This document shows, piece after piece, positions 36,708 through 45,592 of a DNA stretch of 63,858 bases. Under the pieces are notes generated by a model. It did not search any database. It had not been told where the DNA came from and saw only the letters and a program-made list of their open reading frames with translations. The DNA comes from a virus (Duplodnaviria; Caudoviricetes). The stretch lies in IMG/VR virus record IMGVR_UViG_3300045282_000203, positions 1 to 63,858 of that record, one strand, 5' to 3'. Both the position numbers and the translations under genes were made by a program. Position 1 is the first letter of the stretch, and each line of letters opens with the position of its first letter.

Positions 36708-38399
36708 GTGATCCCAGCCAGTGATATCGTCAGCGTTGTCCCGAGCGTCCTCGCTGCGGGCGGCAACCCCTTGGCCCTGATCGGTCTCATCCTCAGTCAG
36801 TACAGCTCGCTTCCCGCCGGCCCGCCTCTGCCCTTCCCAGATGCGCCGTCAGTCGAAGCCTACTTCGGGCCCACCAGCCAGGAAGCGGTGATGGCCGACG
36901 TCTACTTCAAGGGCTATGACGGTGCGACTACTCGGCCCAACCAGCTCCTCTTCAAGCGCTTCGCCAGCGATCCCACCTCAGCCTTCCTGCGTGGGGCCGG
37001 CACCTCGCTCACCCTCGCTCAGGTCCAGGCCATCAAGAACGCAGTCAGCACCAGCAGTGCCTCCATCGCGGCCACAACCCTAACCATCGGTGGCATCTCG
37101 TCAGGCTCGTTCGTGGCTGGGATGCTGCTCACCGGTTCTGGCGTCACAGCTGGTACTCGCATCGTCTCACAGCTCACCGGCGCGACAGGTGGCATTGGCA
37201 CCTATCGGATCGACACCTCTCAGACGGTCGCTGGTCCCATCGTGATCACCGGTGCCTACGATCTTACCGTCACGATTGATGGGTCACCCGAGACCTTCGA
37301 CACCATCGACCTCTCTGGCGCTACCAGCCTCTCCGATGCGGCGAGTGAGATCGAGTCTGCCCTCGGTCTCGCCTCTGGTCAGGTTCAGTACAGCTCGACC
37401 TTCAGTGCTTTCGTGATCAACTCCGCCACCACCGGCGTCAGTTCCATTATCGGCTTCGGTTCTGAGCTGCTCGCTACCACCCTGAAGCTCACCGCCGCAC
37501 TCGGCGCCGTGACCAGTCAGGGCACCGCCACCAACGACCCCGTCACCGTCATGGATGATGTGATCGCTGTCACTCAGAACTGGGTCACCTTCGGGCACGC
37601 CTTCGACGCCACCATGGATCAGAAGAAGGGCTTCGCCACCTGGACCAATGCTCAGGATGGTCGTTACGCCTACGTGCCGTTTGAGACTGACGTCACCGCA
37701 GCTACCAGCACTTACTCCGGCTTCATGGCCTGGGTCAAGACAAACAACATCGCTGGTGTCGCTGATGTCTACTTCAGCAAGGACAAGGCCGCCTTCATCA
37801 TGGGTGCCATCGCCAGCATCGACTTCAGCCGCCCCGGTGGTCAGATCACCTTGAAGTTCAAGAGCCAGACCGGCCTTGCCGCCGACGTCAACGACTCCGT
37901 CTCAGCTGCAAACCTCACCGCCAATGGCCTGAACTACTACGGTGCATGGGCCACCGCTAACGACAGCTTCACCTTCCTCGCTGAGGGCATCATCTCCGGC
38001 CCGTTCAAGTGGATCAACTCCTACATCGGTGAGATCTGGTTGAACAACGAGGTCCAGCTCGCCTTCATGGTCCTCCTCACTACGCTCGGAAAGATCCCCT
38101 ACAATGCAGCCGGTAAGGCCGCTATCCGTGCCACGCTCGGCGGCCCTGTCGCTGCTGGTCTTCTCAATGGTGTCATCGAGCCTGGTGTCATTCTCTCTCC
38201 ATCGCAGATCCTCGACATCAATATCGCTACCGGTGTCCCCACCGCCGCGGACTCCGTCTCACGAGATGGGTACTACGTCTTCGTGGGTGACACCTCTCCG
38301 GAGCAACGAGCTCTCCGTAACTCCCCGCCTGTCTCCCTCTTCTACACGGATGGCGGTGCCGTTCATCGCATCAACGTCGCGTCTACCGACGTCCAATAA
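36708..38399 (+). CDS. Tail sheath protein (DUF3383-type)
   Basis: IPASDIVSVVPSVL, YFG..S.EA..A..YF.G, NWVTF, IPYN..G, FYTDGG.V. Confidence 0.9.
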   Translation: MIPASDIVSVVPSVLAAGGNPLALIGLILSQYSSLPAGPPLPFPDAPSVEAYFGPTSQEAVMADVYFKGYDGATTRPNQLLFKRFASDPTSAFLRGAGTSLTLAQVQAIKNAVSTSSASIAATTLTIGGISSGSFVAGMLLTGSGVTAGTRIVSQLTGATGGIGTYRIDTSQTVAGPIVITGAYDLTVTIDGSPETFDTIDLSGATSLSDAASEIESALGLASGQVQYSSTFSAFVINSATTGVSSIIGFGSELLATTLKLTAALGAVTSQGTATNDPVTVMDDVIAVTQNWVTFGHAFDATMDQKKGFATWTNAQDGRYAYVPFETDVTAATSTYSGFMAWVKTNNIAGVADVYFSKDKAAFIMGAIASIDFSRPGGQITLKFKSQTGLAADVNDSVSAANLTANGLNYYGAWATANDSFTFLAEGIISGPFKWINSYIGEIWLNNEVQLAFMVLLTTLGKIPYNAAGKAAIRATLGGPVAAGLLNGVIEPGVILSPSQILDINIATGVPTAADSVSRDGYYVFVGDTSPEQRALRNSPPVSLFYTDGGAVHRINVASTDVQ

Positions 38400-38412
38400 G
38401 GAGCCGTGAGCC

Positions 38413-38850
38413 ATGGCCAACCGACGTACGATCACCTCAAGCAACATCATCTTCTTCCTTTTGGTAGAGGACCTGCTCTCAAACACGCAGATCCAGGGGT
38501 ACGCCCCAGACGAGATCTTTGACTTCGGTGACATCCCACCGAACGAGGCCCTGATGGGCGCTGATGGTCTGCTCGCCGCTGGCAAGATCTTCACCGCCGT
38601 CAAGCAGAAGATCTCCTTGCAGGCTAACTCTCTGAGTGTGGACTTCTTCGATGTCTGGAAGCGTGGTGAGGACGAGTCAGGTGACAGCTTCCTTGCCACC
38701 GGCTACATCACCATCCCCAGCCTCGGCATGTCTTACACCTGCACAGGCGGGGTCCTAACTATGTACAAGCCGGTACCGGCCGCTAAGAAGGTCCTTCAAC
38801 CATCCCAGTTCGAGATTACCTGGGAAAAAGTCGTCCCCTCAAAGGTGTAA
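38413..38850 (+). CDS. Tail tube protein
   Basis: RTITS, QGYA.D, MGADG.L.AG, LQANS.S; follows the sheath gene. Confidence 0.85.
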   Translation: MANRRTITSSNIIFFLLVEDLLSNTQIQGYAPDEIFDFGDIPPNEALMGADGLLAAGKIFTAVKQKISLQANSLSVDFFDVWKRGEDESGDSFLATGYITIPSLGMSYTCTGGVLTMYKPVPAAKKVLQPSQFEITWEKVVPSKV

Positions 38851-38853
38851 CCG

Positions 38854-39363
38854 ATGATCAAGACCAAGCTCATTTCAATCCCACCCGATCCTACCGGCGA
38901 GAACCGTGATGCTGTGGCGGGGCGCATCTATCTCCTCACTGAGATGCCGGCATCTCAGGCTGAGATCTGGGCCTTCCGGATGCTGAACCTTCTGGCTGCC
39001 TCAGGCCTCACCATCCCCGACGAGATGCTCAACGCTGGCCTCGCCGGCCTAGCGGTCACCTTCTCTGGTGGTGACGTCTCTAAGATGTTCGCCAACTTCT
39101 CAGGTCTCGCCATCCCGGAGTTCGTGTCTCTCATGAACGAGATGTTCCAGTGCGTCCAGATCCAGTACGGTCACGCTGGTGCCCCACCCCTCTACCGACG
39201 CATCGTCGAAGAGGACATTGAAGAGGTCAGCACTCGCCTCAAGCTTCGGGGGGAGCTGTTCAAGATGCACATGGGTTTTTTGAAGGGCGCAAGGTCCCTC
39301 ACCTCGGCGCCCCCAGCGGAGACGAGTCTCCCTTCGAGTACGCAAACATCCCAGTCCTCATAG
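38854..39363 (+). CDS. Tail assembly chaperone (short form)
   Basis: LTEMPA.QAE.WA.R, DIEEV.T.LKLR; between tube and tape measure. Confidence 0.85.
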   Translation: MIKTKLISIPPDPTGENRDAVAGRIYLLTEMPASQAEIWAFRMLNLLAASGLTIPDEMLNAGLAGLAVTFSGGDVSKMFANFSGLAIPEFVSLMNEMFQCVQIQYGHAGAPPLYRRIVEEDIEEVSTRLKLRGELFKMHMGFLKGARSLTSAPPAETSLPSSTQTSQSS

Positions 39364-39497
39364 GCATCATCATCTCCCGACGCCTGGCAACACTCCACGA
39401 GCTCCAAACGATCTACAGCGCTGAGGATGCCTACAACATGTTCGAGATCATCGCAGTCAATGACGCCAACGAACGTGCGGTTAAGGCGAAGGAGTAG
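39273..39497 (+). CDS. -1 frameshift extension of the tail chaperone (long form)
   Basis: Slippery G GGT TTT at 39273-39279; -1 frame open to TAG 39497 with ATLHELQTIYSAEDAYNMFEI. Confidence 0.8.
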   Translation, partial: GFFEGRKVPHLGAPSGDESPFEYANIPVLIGIIISRRLATLHELQTIYSAEDAYNMFEIIAVNDANERAVKAKE

Positions 39498-39499
39498 TC

Positions 39500-41131
39500 A
39501 TGGCTTCCATCATCGACGCATTCCTCGTAACACTGGGGATGGACACCACAGGCCTAAAGAAGGGCGTTCACGAGGCCGTGGAAGATCAGGTTCGGCTCCG
39601 TGAAGAGGCCTCGAAGACCGCTGACCACATGAAGCACAGTGGTGGTGAAGCTTCGGAGTTCTTCACGGAGCTCATCGGGAAGGCATCAGAGCTCTTCGCC
39701 ATCTTCACCGGTGGCATGGAGCTGAAGGAGTTCATCCAGCACGAGAACGAGGCCGAGGTCTCCGCTGCTCGTTTCTCGCAGGTGCTCAAGGTGAACGTTG
39801 AGGACCTCGAGGCGCTGCAGGGGGTTGTTAAGCGCTTCGGTGGCAGCAAGGAGGGCTTCAACTCCACCCTCGGTTCCATCAACAAGAACCTGGCCCTGGC
39901 TCAGTCGGGTGGGAAGCTCGCCGCTCGCGCTATGCATCGCTTCGCTCTCTTCGGTATCGGGGCCGCTGATCTCAAGGGGAAGGACGCCATCAGCACCCTC
40001 GGTCTTCTCAGTGAGAAGCTGCAGAAGATGGACATCGGCAAAGCGGTCGGACTTGGCGCCCGGATGGGTCTGGATCAGTCGATGGTCCTGATGTACCGTG
40101 AGAGCGCTGGGCACATCGCTGAGATGGTCGCCCATCAGAAAGAGCTAGGTGTCGCCACGAAGGAGGAGACTGAGGATGCTCTGAAGCTGGAGGAGGCCCA
40201 GCTTGACTGGGAGGACTCGACCAACTCACTCGGTCGGACGATCAAGGGTCTTCTGATGCCGGTCATCAAGGGAGCCCTTGAGATCATGAACAAGATCGCG
40301 AAGTGGGCCCACGAGCATCCCGACGAGATCAAGGCTGCCTTCATCGGTATCGCTGCCGCGATCGGCGTGGTTGCGATCGCTCTCGTCCCCGTGGTGATCG
40401 AGCTCCTGCCCATCGAGCTCACCGTCCTCGCGATCGCCATCGCGGTCGGGCTCCTTACCTACGGCATCGTTCGTCTTACCCAGGAGTGGAAGAAGTGGGC
40501 TGCCGGTGGCAAGACCGAACTCGCTGGCTTCTTTGAGATCGCCACAAAGATCTGGAAGGCACTGAGTAACACGGTGCTCACTGAGCTGCGTACGATCTGG
40601 GACCTGGTGACCACCTACCTCTCGATCATCGGTGATGAGTTCAGTCTCTTCTTTGCTCTTCTCTCTGGGGATGACAAGAAGATCGAGGAGGCCTGGAGCA
40701 AGCTCTGGCACGATGTGCTCGATCTCTTCATCCTGATCAGGAACAAGCTGTACTACGAGTGGCTCGTGCTGAAGAACGCACTCGGTAGCATCTGGAAGGC
40801 GTGGTGGCAGCAGCAGAAGCAAGACGCTGCAAACGTGCTCGACTGGTTGGACATGCGTTTAAAGAAGCTCGGCCCCGTAGGCAAACTGATCGCTTTCACG
40901 AGTGGCACGGATGCCGTCGTCCCCTTCCTCGCTGGCAAGGCTCATCAAGCTCTCGAGCCCTCTCACCGTTCTTCAGGCGGGGCCTCGGGGGACTGGGGCA
41001 CCAAGAAGGTAGAGACCCACATCGAGAACATCAACATCAACGCGCCCAACGCGACTGATGCCGCTGGCATCGGGCGTGCGATCGCTCCCACCTTCCGTAA
41101 GCTCGCGCTTGACGCTGACGCGGGGTTCTGA
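39500..41131 (+). CDS. Tape measure protein
   Basis: IIDAFLVTLGMD start, helical, hydrophobic segment, Trp periodicity. Confidence 0.85.
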   Translation: MASIIDAFLVTLGMDTTGLKKGVHEAVEDQVRLREEASKTADHMKHSGGEASEFFTELIGKASELFAIFTGGMELKEFIQHENEAEVSAARFSQVLKVNVEDLEALQGVVKRFGGSKEGFNSTLGSINKNLALAQSGGKLAARAMHRFALFGIGAADLKGKDAISTLGLLSEKLQKMDIGKAVGLGARMGLDQSMVLMYRESAGHIAEMVAHQKELGVATKEETEDALKLEEAQLDWEDSTNSLGRTIKGLLMPVIKGALEIMNKIAKWAHEHPDEIKAAFIGIAAAIGVVAIALVPVVIELLPIELTVLAIAIAVGLLTYGIVRLTQEWKKWAAGGKTELAGFFEIATKIWKALSNTVLTELRTIWDLVTTYLSIIGDEFSLFFALLSGDDKKIEEAWSKLWHDVLDLFILIRNKLYYEWLVLKNALGSIWKAWWQQQKQDAANVLDWLDMRLKKLGPVGKLIAFTSGTDAVVPFLAGKAHQALEPSHRSSGGASGDWGTKKVETHIENININAPNATDAAGIGRAIAPTFRKLALDADAGF

Positions 41132-41724
41132 TGGCCGCCGTAGACACCACAGGGTTCGTTCCCGAGGTCTTCGACAACACCTGGGGCGTCTTCGACTCTG
41201 CCAATCTCCCCGTGTTCGACGTGGACACGTGCGTTGAAGTAGGGCTGGATGACTCGTCCAAGGTCTCTGACTTCCCGGTGGAGCAGGGTGGCTTCGTTGA
41301 CTACAACAAGGTCGTCCAGCCACAGCACTTCAAGCTTCGGCTCGCTGTGGGTGGTCGCACTCGCTGTGCGCTCTTCCTTGAGGCGCTGAGGGCAGAGAAG
41401 AACGGAGTTTTTCTTCGCAACATCGTCCTTCCTGAGATCTCCTACCTCAATGTGACGCTTGAGAAGTATGACTGGAAGCGCACTGCCAGCAGTGGTCAGA
41501 ACATGATCATCGCAGAGACGAGCTGGAAGGAGATCCGTGAGGTCACCCCTCAGTACGCCACCGTCGCGTTGCCTGCGGCCAAGGTGAAGAACCCAGCCTC
41601 AGCCTCAAAGCCGGACACTGGCAAGCAACAAGAGCAGGACCCCGATGGGGTGAGCCACAGTCTCAAGGGTCTCACACTGAAGCAGGTCGAGGCGCAGTTC
41701 AACAAAGAGCGCGGACTGGAGTGA
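41131..41724 (+). CDS. Baseplate/tail tube initiator (Dit-like) protein
   Basis: VSDFPVEQGGFVDYNKV..P. Confidence 0.75.
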   Translation: MAAVDTTGFVPEVFDNTWGVFDSANLPVFDVDTCVEVGLDDSSKVSDFPVEQGGFVDYNKVVQPQHFKLRLAVGGRTRCALFLEALRAEKNGVFLRNIVLPEISYLNVTLEKYDWKRTASSGQNMIIAETSWKEIREVTPQYATVALPAAKVKNPASASKPDTGKQQEQDPDGVSHSLKGLTLKQVEAQFNKERGLE

Positions 41725-41728
41725 TCAG

Positions 41729-42091
41729 ATGATCTACTGCGATCTCACCGTCAATGGCCAGCCAGTCTGGTTCGGCGTGCCTTGCCTCGGTGGTGTGTCA
41801 CTGAAGTCCGAAGCCTACCTCGGCTTCATCGGTGATCTGATCTTCACTGATCTCCAGGGCACCGGTGATCCCACCTTCGACGGTCTGGGTTCCCGCTTCC
41901 CACTTCTCTACTACGGTGACCAGGCGTTGTCACCAGTGATCGTCCCCCTGCAGGCTGTCCCAGCCCAGCAGTTCAGCATCGTTCTCAACGGACAGAACTG
42001 CATCCTGAGCTTCTACTACAAGACGACACCCTGCTTCAGGGTCGTCTACGCCAACAACTACGCCCGTGGTTACTACCAAGGAGCCTGCTGA
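41729..42091 (+). CDS. Baseplate protein
   Basis: YLGFIGDLIFTDLQG..DP...GLGSRF.L.Y; LQAVPAQQFSIVL.GQ.C. Confidence 0.7.
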   Translation: MIYCDLTVNGQPVWFGVPCLGGVSLKSEAYLGFIGDLIFTDLQGTGDPTFDGLGSRFPLLYYGDQALSPVIVPLQAVPAQQFSIVLNGQNCILSFYYKTTPCFRVVYANNYARGYYQGAC

Positions 42092-42996
42092 TGCCTCGCA
42101 CATTCAGTCCTCTACTTCGCTCAGCCTTCCCGCCTGGTGAGGCAGGTGAGCTCTCCGCTGATCAGGTTGATTCGAACATGACCGGGGTGGTCGGCGTCGC
42201 CAACGCTGCCGCGAAGGTCGTCTACGCCGCGGATCAAACGGCGATGCTCGCACTCGACACTGCGGTTCAGGTGGGCGACCTCTGTCGTCGCGGTGATGTC
42301 CCCGGCTCACTCTTTGAGCTCACGGCACTGCCCGCCGCCACCCTCGGGAACTGGGACCAGATCGGGGGAGGCGGCGGGGGCGGCACTACGCCCCCTTGGA
42401 TCACCCCTAACCCACTGACTCCCCCGCAACCGGCGGATTTCACCGAGGGGCAGAACCACGGCACCAGCGTGGATCTTCCGCTTGGGACGGGCGGGCAAGG
42501 TATCGTCGTGCTCGGCTCTGGTGTGACGCTCGACGTGGGGTGGGAGACGCTTGTGCAAACGTGGGCCAACGTGAATGGGTCTGTTGCCCACGCTTGCTTT
42601 CAGGCGCTTCTCGTGGGGCCTGACGCTTACGTGGGGCTTGTGCTGGCTGCGTCTGGCACAGGCAAGTTCGTGTTCTTCGGGTTGTACTGGGATGGTGTCG
42701 GGGCCCCTGTCCTTCGCGCCGAGAAGTTCAACGCTGATGGGACTTCTGCGGGAACCCTGGGGGCGGATGTCTCCGTGCTCCTGAGCGGAGAGCAGATGTT
42801 TGAGCTGAGCGTGACCTGCAACAACCCCAGTAATAGCTACACGCTCGCGCTTGGCAATGGCGGCGTCCCCCAGGCCGTAGGTATAAGCATTGACCCCTCG
42901 GCGCACCTTACGCCCGACCAAGTGGGGGTTGGTTGCACCAACGCGCAGAATGGAAGCTACACGGCCATGAACTTCGTCCACTGGAGCAATGCCTGA
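42091..42996 (+). CDS. Fibre/appendage-like protein inserted in the baseplate cluster
   Basis: LS.DQVDSN, MLAL...VGDLC.R.D N-terminus, poly-Gly linker, beta-sandwich-like C terminus. Confidence 0.5.
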   Translation: MPRTFSPLLRSAFPPGEAGELSADQVDSNMTGVVGVANAAAKVVYAADQTAMLALDTAVQVGDLCRRGDVPGSLFELTALPAATLGNWDQIGGGGGGGTTPPWITPNPLTPPQPADFTEGQNHGTSVDLPLGTGGQGIVVLGSGVTLDVGWETLVQTWANVNGSVAHACFQALLVGPDAYVGLVLAASGTGKFVFFGLYWDGVGAPVLRAEKFNADGTSAGTLGADVSVLLSGEQMFELSVTCNNPSNSYTLALGNGGVPQAVGISIDPSAHLTPDQVGVGCTNAQNGSYTAMNFVHWSNA

Positions 42997-43862
42997 TGTC
43001 CTCCTTCACCAAAAAAGTCCTCCAAGCCTGGGTCACCCTCGGCGAGGGGGATTTTGGTGCGGACACTGGGAACACTGTGATCTTCTCCGGCCTGCGCATG
43101 AGTGCGGAGATCGAGAAGGGTGGGCACCCGTCAAAGAACAAGGCCAAGATCAAGATCTACGGTGCGTTGCGTAGTCAGATGAACGCGGTGATGCCGAAGA
43201 CCCACAAGCCTCTAGCTATCCGGAAGAACCTCCTTGCTATCTTCGCCGGTGATGAGGGTGCGAAGCCTGATCTGGTCTTCAGGGGTGAGATCACGAACTC
43301 ACATCAGAGCTACCAGAGCCCGCCCAATCTCGACTTTGTGATCGAGGCCGCGAGTGGGTACTATCACGCGATCGCTCCCGCCACCCCAAAGAGCTACCAG
43401 GGCTCAACCAGTGTGGCTGAGATGCTGGGCACTCTCGCTCACGACATGGGGCTCACACTCGAGAACATGAACGTGGACGTCCACCTCGCTAGTCCTTACC
43501 TCAGTGGGAGCGCCTATCAGCAGGCGGCCCAGGTCGCTGACGCCGCCGACATCGAGTTCGGGGTGGATGATGGCGTCATGTTCATCACACCACGTGGTCA
43601 GGTGCGTAGTGGGACCGTCCCACTCATCTCCAAGGACACCGGCATGAAGGAGTACCCGATCTATGACTCCAAGGGTCTCAAGCTCCTGACGCTCTTCAAT
43701 CCCGCTATCCAGCTTGGTGGTGCGATCAAGGTGGTGTCCCAGGTCGAGAACGCGACGGGTGTGTGGCGAGTGCACGGCCTCAAGCACCATCTCGAGTGTG
43801 AGCACCCGGGTGGTGCGTGGTTGTCAAACGTGCAGGCTTCTTATATTGGAGACCCATCATGA
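42996..43862 (+). CDS. Baseplate hub protein
   Basis: SFTKK.L, GLRMSA.I, A.IKIYG, AGD..VF.GEI, IS..TG..YP, LFNP.I.LGG. Confidence 0.8.
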   Translation: MSSFTKKVLQAWVTLGEGDFGADTGNTVIFSGLRMSAEIEKGGHPSKNKAKIKIYGALRSQMNAVMPKTHKPLAIRKNLLAIFAGDEGAKPDLVFRGEITNSHQSYQSPPNLDFVIEAASGYYHAIAPATPKSYQGSTSVAEMLGTLAHDMGLTLENMNVDVHLASPYLSGSAYQQAAQVADAADIEFGVDDGVMFITPRGQVRSGTVPLISKDTGMKEYPIYDSKGLKLLTLFNPAIQLGGAIKVVSQVENATGVWRVHGLKHHLECEHPGGAWLSNVQASYIGDPS

Positions 43863-44521
43863 GCCAAGCGCGGCAGGATGGTGTCTTCCCTCAGCAACAG
43901 CTGGCGACTGACAACACCGACTTCAACGTTCTCTCCTTTGTCATCCAGCAGCTGCTGGGTCGAGTCAACGTGGCTACTCTGGTGCGGGTGGAGGCGGTGC
44001 ACACCACGGGGCGTGTCGGTCCAGTCGGCTTTGTGGACGTGACACCTCTCGTGAACCAGCTCGATGGTGCCGGGCAGGCTGTGTCCCACACCACCGTGTA
44101 CGGGCTGCCCTACCTGCGGAGCCAGGGCGGTGCGAACGCCGTGATCGTTGATCCGAAGGTGGGTGACATCGGCATCTGCGTCTTTGCCGACCGAGACATC
44201 TCGTCAGCGAAAGCGGCGGGTGCCCAAGCCACTCCCGGCAGTTTGCGTCGCTTCGACTTCGCTGACGGCGTCTACCTCCCCGGTTGGAACCATGCGACAG
44301 CTCCCGAGCGCTACATCGTTGTTGATGATGACGGCATCAAGATTGAAGCCGGTCCTCTTCTCGATGAGAACGCGGATGACATCCAGATCACCGCACGAGT
44401 CTCCTGCACCGTTACCGCCCCGGAGGTCACCGTAAACGCTACCGCGACAGCAACCGTCACCTCACCTCTCACCACCGTGAATGGCCCTGTGGTCATCAAC
44501 GGATCTCTGAGTATCATCTGA
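43859..44521 (+). CDS. Baseplate central spike (Gp138-like)
   Basis: VDVTPLV.Q, PY.R.QGG..AVIVDP.VGDIG..FADRDIS, R.FD.ADG. Confidence 0.85.
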   Translation: MSQARQDGVFPQQQLATDNTDFNVLSFVIQQLLGRVNVATLVRVEAVHTTGRVGPVGFVDVTPLVNQLDGAGQAVSHTTVYGLPYLRSQGGANAVIVDPKVGDIGICVFADRDISSAKAAGAQATPGSLRRFDFADGVYLPGWNHATAPERYIVVDDDGIKIEAGPLLDENADDIQITARVSCTVTAPEVTVNATATATVTSPLTTVNGPVVINGSLSII

Positions 44522-45033
44522 TGCCTAACAACGCAACCGCCACCGGCACCTTCAATGGGATGAAGGCTCCGTCTGATGCGTTGCCGTACCCTCAGGGTAC
44601 GGCAGACCCAGGCATCAGCTCTTACGTCTCGCGAGCTGATCACGTCCACCCAGCTGGTGCGCCTGGACCCGTGTCACCAGTGCTGGTCATCGTTGGCGAT
44701 GATGCGCTCGCAGCCCATCAGCCCTACAGACTGGTACTTGGTGTTGCCACGATCGTAACCAGTCAGGACGTGGCTGTACCCTTCGTTGACGGAGTCACAC
44801 TCGAGAGCGGGGGCAGTGATGACACCGTCAAGGCGGGTAACCTCGGCCAAGCCGTCTATCTCACCGCAGGTACACTGCCTAGTGGAGATGTCTACTATCT
44901 CGGACAAGACGGCAAACTTACATCAACCGTTCCTTCCGCACTCGCTGGTGATCTCTGGCAAGTAGCGGTGGCTCGTAAGATCGACTCGACTCATCTCGTC
45001 TTCACCCCTCAAGAACCGATCGCCCTTTCTTAG
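44521..45033 (+). CDS. Tail fibre-associated protein
   Basis: SRADHVHP motif, YYLG..GKL. Confidence 0.55.
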   Translation: MPNNATATGTFNGMKAPSDALPYPQGTADPGISSYVSRADHVHPAGAPGPVSPVLVIVGDDALAAHQPYRLVLGVATIVTSQDVAVPFVDGVTLESGGSDDTVKAGNLGQAVYLTAGTLPSGDVYYLGQDGKLTSTVPSALAGDLWQVAVARKIDSTHLVFTPQEPIALS

Positions 45034-45042
45034 GAGCCAGTC

Positions 45043-45582
45043 GTGAGCACGAAGAAACCTATCATCTTGGTGTCTGGTCAACCAACCCAGTACACCCCGC
45101 CGACAACCTCTGCTGGGTCTGGCAACGCTGGTGACATCCCTGGTCTGGATAGCAGTGGTCGCCTTGATACTACCTTCATGCCGGTGGGCGTCGGACCGGA
45201 CACCATCACCGCCACCGCCTCACAGACCCTCACCGCCGGTATGTTCGTCAACGTCTATGACAACGCCGGGACCAAGTCGGTGCGGAAGGCGGTGGCCACC
45301 GACGCGACAAAGCCCGCCAACGGGTACGTCCTGGCCGGGTACGCCATCAGCGACCCTGCGACGGTCTACATGGGCAGCGGTCAGAACACCCTGGTGCCTG
45401 TCGGCTCCTTCGTGGCCGCGGACGTCGGAAAGCAGGTCTTCCTTGACCCGACGACCGGGGGATCGTGCACCCTGACGCCACCTAGCACCGCAGGACAGCT
45501 GCAGCAGCTCCTTGGTACTGTCTCAGATGTTGGTGCGACTGCCAGCGTCCAGTTCGACTTCTGCCAGGGTTACGTGATGTAG
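45043..45582 (+). CDS. Putative virion structural protein
   Basis: LD..GRLD...MP.G.G.D, A.A.D..KPANGYV, VFL.P...G. Confidence 0.6.
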   Translation: MSTKKPIILVSGQPTQYTPPTTSAGSGNAGDIPGLDSSGRLDTTFMPVGVGPDTITATASQTLTAGMFVNVYDNAGTKSVRKAVATDATKPANGYVLAGYAISDPATVYMGSGQNTLVPVGSFVAADVGKQVFLDPTTGGSCTLTPPSTAGQLQQLLGTVSDVGATASVQFDFCQGYVM

Positions 45583-45592
45583 AGGGGTCGTC

